This document shows, piece by piece, positions 58,314 to 64,000 of a stretch of DNA of 64,000 bases; the stretch's first letter is position 1, and every line of letters begins with the position of its first letter. Source of the DNA: Alloascoidea hylecoeti. Its lineage: Eukaryota. Below the pieces are notes generated by a model. That model was not told the origin of the DNA and did not search any database. It was given only the letters and a program-made list of their open reading frames with translations. The stretch spans positions 124,001 to 188,000 of the forward strand of contig BCKZ01000018.1 of NCBI GenBank assembly GCA_001600815.1. Direction: 5' to 3'. The position numbers were made by a program, and so were the translations under genes.

Positions 58314-59320
58314 TTAATTTTTAAGGGATGAAGCTCTTCTCTTTCTAATTTCAGCCTTTTCAGTCTTTCTTTCATGTAATCTTTGAGCTAACAAGTGAGC
58401 ATATTCAGCAGCTGCTTCTCTTTGAGCTTCAGCATTCTTGATCTTCAATGCCTTCAAGTGTCTCTTTCTTTGTAAAGTTTGAGGAGTAACAAGACGTTGG
58501 ATTTTTGGAGCTTTGGTATAAGTCTTACCATTCTTACCGGTAACTTCACGACGAATAACAAATTGACGTACATCATCTTCTTTGGTCAAGTTGAAGAACT
58601 TTCTAATGTTGTTAGCTCTCTTTGGTCCTAATCTCTTTGGTGTTGTTGTATCAGTTAAACCTGGGATATCAGATTCACCTTGTTTAACAATGGTCAAAGC
58701 CAAAACAGCAAGATCAGGTCCAACAATAGCACCACGAACACTCTTTCTCTTTCTTTCACCACTTCTTCTTGGTCTATAACAAGAAGTACCCTTTGACATC
58801 AATAATTTAACACGAGTTGGATGTAAAACACCTTGTTTCATTGGGAAACCTTGCTTGTCGTTACCACCAGAGATTCTAAAGATATAACCCTTGAATTCAT
58901 CACCAACGGAGTCACCCTCAACTTCTTGACCCATACGTTTGTCGTAAAAGATACGGACACGATGTTCATCATCGATTTCAAATGTCTTTTGGGTGCCATT
59001 GGCTGGATAAGCAATATTTAACTGCATAAAACAAGTTAGATATTTGTATTTATATGCAAAAATTCAAAATGAAAAAAAGTAGTCGTAGTGTTCTGTTTTA
59101 TTCTATTCGATTTGAAGAAAAAAAAAATGGATATTTCGAATATTATTGTTGTTCATTCTCCATTTAAAAAAAAATGTTGGTATAGATATCAAATTCGTTC
59201 ATAAAATCTGTTTTGTATATGATCCTGATTCCCCCATTCCCATCCTTATAAAACCCTCAAACCAAACAAAATAAAACATGAAAACTATGCTGTTATAATA
59301 TAAATGCAACATACCTTCAT
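58314..59320 (-). CDS. RPS6: 40S ribosomal protein eS6, two exons
   Basis: Exon 1 is ATGAAG (59320-59315), intron 59314-59022 (GTATGT..TCTAAC..CAG), exon 2 is 59021-58314. Protein MKLNIAYP...RRASSLKN. Confidence 0.97.
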
Positions 59321-59449
59321 TGTTGCTAATGTGTTGAAAGACCTGTTTTTGCTAAGTAATCAAAAGTCCTTTGGCGTTGAGTCCTGCTCACAATTTCACT
59401 TTACAAGCATGCTCATATGTACGCTAGAAGTATGTGAAATACTCTGTGC

Positions 59450-59509
59450 GTGACTGGTTTACGATATTATTTGTGTAACAGCCCTAATGACCTTCTGGTG
59501 TGCGGATGT
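59450..59509. promoter_or_regulatory. Ribosomal-protein promoter motifs: Homol-D, Tbf1 and Rap1-like
   Basis: On the minus strand: CAGTCAC (59450-59456), TTAGGGCT (59480-59487) and ACATCCGCACACC (59497-59509). Confidence 0.6.
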
Positions 59510-59589
59510 TTCTGTGTATTGTGTGATCATTATGCCGCATTTCATATTGTTCTCCTCTACCGTTTTAATTAATATTTAAAAATAACACA

Positions 59590-60153
59590 ATGTCTGCTAT
59601 TCAAGAACAAGTCTTAGCTTATGTCGCTACACTCGATAAACATTTAGATGCATTTCCTATCTTGAAACATCTTGAAGAGCATTCTAAAGTTCCAAAGGCA
59701 TATATTGGTTTATCATCAGCTGCAATCTATTTCTTTCTTATCTTTATCAATGTTGGAGGAATTGGTCAATTGCTTTCAAATATCTTAGGTTTTGTCGTTC
59801 CTGGTTATTACTCATTAATTGCTTTAGAAACAAAATCTAAAAATGATGATACCCAATTATTAACATATTGGGTTGTATTTGCCTTTTTTTCAGTTATTGA
59901 ATTTTGGTCAAAAACAATACTTTATTGGGTTCCATTTTGGTTTTTATTTAAATCAGTATTTTTATTGTATATTGGTGTTCCTCAATTCGGTGGTGCTAAT
60001 GTTGTTTATACAACTCTTATTCGTCCTATTGGTCAAAAGTTGATTAGTTCTGGTACTTCATCCAAGTTACAAAAAGAAGTTGATGCCGCTGCTGCTTCAG
60101 TCTCTTCAAAATCTTCTAGAAAGTCTCATAAATCAACTGGTGTCGATTTATAA
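59590..60153 (+). CDS. YOP1: ER-shaping protein Yop1 (DP1/REEP family)
   Basis: GGIGQLLSN, PGYYSLIALET, DDTQLLTYWVVFAF and YWVPF. Confidence 0.95.
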   Translation: MSAIQEQVLAYVATLDKHLDAFPILKHLEEHSKVPKAYIGLSSAAIYFFLIFINVGGIGQLLSNILGFVVPGYYSLIALETKSKNDDTQLLTYWVVFAFFSVIEFWSKTILYWVPFWFLFKSVFLLYIGVPQFGGANVVYTTLIRPIGQKLISSGTSSKLQKEVDAAAASVSSKSSRKSHKSTGVDL

Positions 60154-61195
60154 TTACATTGATACTACTTAAATCTTGATAATGTTAATTATGTGATCAT
60201 GATCAATGAATATTGATAATTTAAACTACAACAAACCCCTTTTTTATTTATTTCTTCTTTATTTTATATACACTAGTATTTTATATTATATTTTTACATT
60301 ATTTTTTCACATTTATAATGTCTTATATACCTAGTGGCGTTCAATAATAACAAAGAAATCGATTGATTAGGTGCCATCATGATCAAGTTGTAAGTTAACT
60401 AGATCATGCGTGAAATTGCTATCATGCAAAGTAAAAATGTAACGTAGGGATTTCTTATATACGTCATGTGCGAGAACATACAATATTAATAAGTGCTCTT
60501 GGTCTTAGTCCTGGTCTTTGCCATGATGGTTTGCCTGGAAGTATATTAACAGTTTGTCTGATAAAATAAAGATTGCTTTGAAAGAATAACCAATTGCTAC
60601 CTTTATTGGGACTAATTTCCTAATGATCTGTCTAAAAGTTTATTTGAGTTTTGGATGTGTGTAACTGAATCAGTGTGGATGTAAAATTGTAGTATCCAAA
60701 ATTCAGAATTGGGTCGATTAATAAAAAATATGTTGAATATAGAACCCACAGATTTTCCCGAATATTATTGATTGTTATTTTAATTCCTAATTTCCTGGAC
60801 TCATCGATCGAAAATAAGGAGAGAAAGATAGATCATATATATCAAATCCGGCTAAAGGCTTCCATATAGAGATATCGATGGGTGCAAAAAAATACTACAA
60901 ATATAGAAGTGGACAGGTTTGTTAGAATTGACTTCACATCATAAATTTGTTTTACTTGGTTATTTAAAAACTACCGGATATTTAACTCTTTATACATTCA
61001 TAACCTGTTAGAATTATTATTAGAGTCCATATTATCAACATTTGAGGTCATCTTGGGAGGGGTTAAAGTATCAGAAGTAGATGCTGAAGGGTGTTTCAAG
61101 ATAACCTCTCAGGTTGATAATATGAAGTGGGTGGACTGCAATGATTAACATTATAAGTAATATTCTGTTTCTCCATCATCAGTTAAGTGTGGAAC

Positions 61196-62010
61196 CTATC
61201 CACTTTCATGTATCAAAACTAAAAAATAAAGAAATAAGAATAGAACAGAATTACAAGAAGTAGGACCACAAGCAACAGAAGTAACAGAATGAACTATAGT
61301 ATCAGTATCACAATCAATTAAAATGATAGTACTATTTATTTTTCTTTGCCTCTCATTATCCCCACACAACCCAAACCAGCTGTCAGAAGATCTACGAATC
61401 TGCAAATGTGCATACGGTATTTACGGGGACATACCACATGTATTATCAAAGCAGGACTCGCCACGGAATACTGGATCGGGAACTTAGGGGAACCTCGAAA
61501 GAGCCTGAACATTACAAGCTCAGCGTATATCACGTTGTTCATTGTGAGCACGTGTTGTGTATACTCGCTAGCTATTGTTATTTTGAGCGAGGTGTGTTGC
61601 GTTAAGGTCCCGTAATTTAAAGTTATGTGTAAGGAACAAAAGCTCTCTATCGAATGATGGATAATCTTCACAAAAATGATGAAGTTGGTCCTTCCCTTTT
61701 CTTGGCTGAGCTTCAAGATGATACAGTAGAATGCATTGCAACTCATTTTTTCTACGCTGTCTTAAGATCCAAGATTCTTGTGGTAGAAATACCAGGTGAA
61801 GAGGGACTGTAATTGTTGTGCTAGAAGAATCAGAATTGTCATCATTGTCATCATTGTCATCATTGTCATCAAGAAAGCTGAACAGAGCTTGTTCGTTCTG
61901 GTGTTAAGTAGTTTAATCACTTTAATTATAAGTTACAATTGAATCTCTTTGTTCATCAAGGAAGTCACGTTGTTAAAACTGATCATGATCAGCAGTGACT
62001 GTTAGAATAA
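61196..62010 (-). pseudogene. GC-richer decayed ORF: one frame with 8 internal stops and no frameshift
   Basis: LTVTADHDQF*QRDFLDEQRDSIVTYN*SD*TT*HQNEQALFSFL(DDN)4SDSSS... continues in frame into track ORF 61196..61405. Confidence 0.5.
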
Positions 62011-62558
62011 GCAAAAGGCTGATAAAGTGATGAAGTGGCAAAAAATAAAATGGTTAACGGTGGAAATGATAACGTAGCTAATAACAAGACAGATTAAATG
62101 ACTTGAATAGTTAAATATTGACATGTGTTTCTATTAAGCATTTACTATATCTGACCCTGCGGCTAAGATTGCACCGATAGCCACCTATTGTTAATCCATG
62201 ACCCTGTAAATAACGTTATCCATATTCACATGAATATGAATATTAATGTAAGTATTGATTCAGATATGGAATATGGTCATATATTTGGTAGGAAAACTTT
62301 ATGATTCTATAATATTATAGTACTAGCGTCTAAAAATATATACGAAAAAAAACATGGACATAAGATAAAAAAATCAATATAAAACAAATAATTTAATAAA
62401 TAATACATTATGAAACAAAAAAAAGATGATTGATGTGTAAAAAAAAGCTTATTATGAATAGTATAGTATAAACCAGCAATTAAAAGGACAAGTGAATAAA
62501 TGATTAATAATAAATAGTAATGATAAAGGAGTATGATGATTGTAGAAAAACAATATAA

Positions 62559-62996
62559 TTATCGTACATCACCTTTTAATTCAATTGATATTCCACCTTT
62601 GTATGTAACAGATTCATTCAATTGTCTCTTCGGTAAATATAAAATTAGAAATGGTGCCTCATAACTAGCCATTATTTGTCTATTTTCAAATTGTGACCAT
62701 TTTATTGGCAATGATTCAATTATATCATTTCTTCTTATAAATTTTCTTATTGTAAAGTTATTTTTATCCATTTGTTCATTAACTTCAGTTATTGTCATTG
62801 CATCAATTGTAATTAATTGTGATTTTGGATATAATTGAATTTGAAAATTATTAAATATTTGATATGGTAAAAAAATTTTTAATGTATAATAAAATGATCC
62901 TTCATTTTGAATATTCGAAACTTTTAAAGTTTCGGATTGACTTTGTGATTGCATTTGAGATTTTGATGATAATTTTAAAATTGTTTGGACAGCCAT
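62559..62996 (-). CDS. Small protein with divergent Hsp20/alpha-crystallin-like features
   Basis: ATG at 62996 (ACAATGG). Beta-strand pattern YTLKIFLP...LITIDA...IMASYEAPFLILYLPK with a terminal ISI (IxI-like) motif. Confidence 0.45.
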   Translation of the reverse strand: MAVQTILKLSSKSQMQSQSQSETLKVSNIQNEGSFYYTLKIFLPYQIFNNFQIQLYPKSQLITIDAMTITEVNEQMDKNNFTIRKFIRRNDIIESLPIKWSQFENRQIMASYEAPFLILYLPKRQLNESVTYKGGISIELKGDVR

Positions 62997-64000
62997 TGTG
63001 AAAGATTTTAATAATCGATGTATATTATAGGGGGTAAATAAGAGATAAGGGATGATAGAATAATGAAAATAAAAAAAAATGTAGGAATTGATGGCATTTA
63101 TATTTTCCTTTATTAATGCCATTATAATATTAATTACTATTATTAATAAATTATTTTATATTAGTAGTTATGAGTGTCATTCAATTTTCGAACTGCCACT
63201 TATACTCATTTTCAACGTTAAAAAGAAACTCAAAATCAATACAATGTACTTGTGCATATACTTGTATGTAAAAATATATATGACCGTTGCCAATGCCAAT
63301 TGTGTACCTTTATACAACCGAATTAATATGTATTTGTAATTAAGTTTTTTTTATCTTCTTATCGTCCTTCATTATTGAAAATTTTTCAATTACGGTACAC
63401 CCGACTACATCGTCCACGTGTAATTACTCATAATTAGATAGACCTCCTACATTTGTAAATATGAGATTAAATTTTTTTTGGTTTAATTATTAATATTACT
63501 ATTACCCAATTATTGTGTGAACCTTTTTTTAAAAAAAGTTATCATGATATGAGCCCACAAAATCATAATATGATATCTTTAAAGTCCGATTTAATTTACT
63601 TGTTGCAATTGATTATCTTTATTAATTATAAGTCTTGATACTCTAATCTAGTCGTTTTGTTTTATTAATATCTCTATATTATTAGGAGAAGTTTTGTTTT
63701 ATAATCAATTTCAAGTTATATTACATCTGTTACTATTAAACAGAAAAAAAACATATGTAATAAATTTCAGCGCTAGATTGCTAGCTGAGCGGATTTCCTA
63801 CAATTTCTACGAAGATCTAGACATAAAACGTATCTTTATAGCTATAAAATAGAATAAGTTATCAAGTCAATAAAGGCGAGGTAAAGAGTCAACCGATATA
63901 AATATACCTTAATTAAGCTTTGTACTCTTAATTTCAATCGAGAGGAGGCGTTAGGTCCTTTAAAGACTTCTTTTATAATATGTGTTATTTAATAGAAGCT

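Noticed and set aside
59022..59314. Intronic snoRNA in RPS6
   Set aside because: No paired box C/D or H/ACA hairpin architecture could be identified by eye.
61336..61746. Overlapping track ORFs 61336..61746, 61346..61615 and 61408..61605 as genes
   Set aside because: No recognisable motifs; they are alternative or antisense frames of a GC-richer relic.
61196..62010. Genome-wide reassignment of UAA/UAG to Gln
   Set aside because: Intact conserved genes (GAP1, RPS6, YOP1, NIK1) terminate at TAA in the expected places.

Overview
AT-rich nuclear DNA of a budding yeast (Saccharomycotina, inferred from gene content and short spliceosomal introns). The genetic code appears standard: a CTG sits at a conserved Leu in RPN14, and intact genes end in TAA, TAG or TGA. 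About 24 protein-coding genes are supportable: a 4-exon coiled-coil/Ser-rich gene, ANY1-like PQ-loop, PET127, two amino-acid permeases, an Eps1-like PDI, 4-exon RPN14, RFA1, two ALR1-type Mg2+ transporters, a small GPI wall protein, COG7, ECL1, RRN10-like, two GATA-like zinc-finger ORFs, YBL081W-like, a stand-alone Sin1/Avo1 CRIM-domain ORF, NIK1, an ART10-like arrestin, a degenerate GT15 protein, RPS6, YOP1 and an Hsp20-like ORF. There are also two tRNA-Thr(AGT) genes. The most unusual part is a ~10 kb gene-poor block (33.4-43.2 kb). It holds a ~2.5 kb imperfect palindrome with head-to-head Gat3-like GATA genes sharing a ~300 bp identical core, a head-to-head tRNA pair across an assembly gap that is probably spurious, decayed ORFs and a dispersed repeat. 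Other oddities: RPA1 lacking its fourth zinc Cys, a probable GT15 pseudoenzyme, a frame-intact relic broken only by CAR/CGA-derived stops, and an RPS6 promoter carrying Homol-D, Tbf1 and Rap1 motifs together. All family calls come from recalled motifs; no database search was run.
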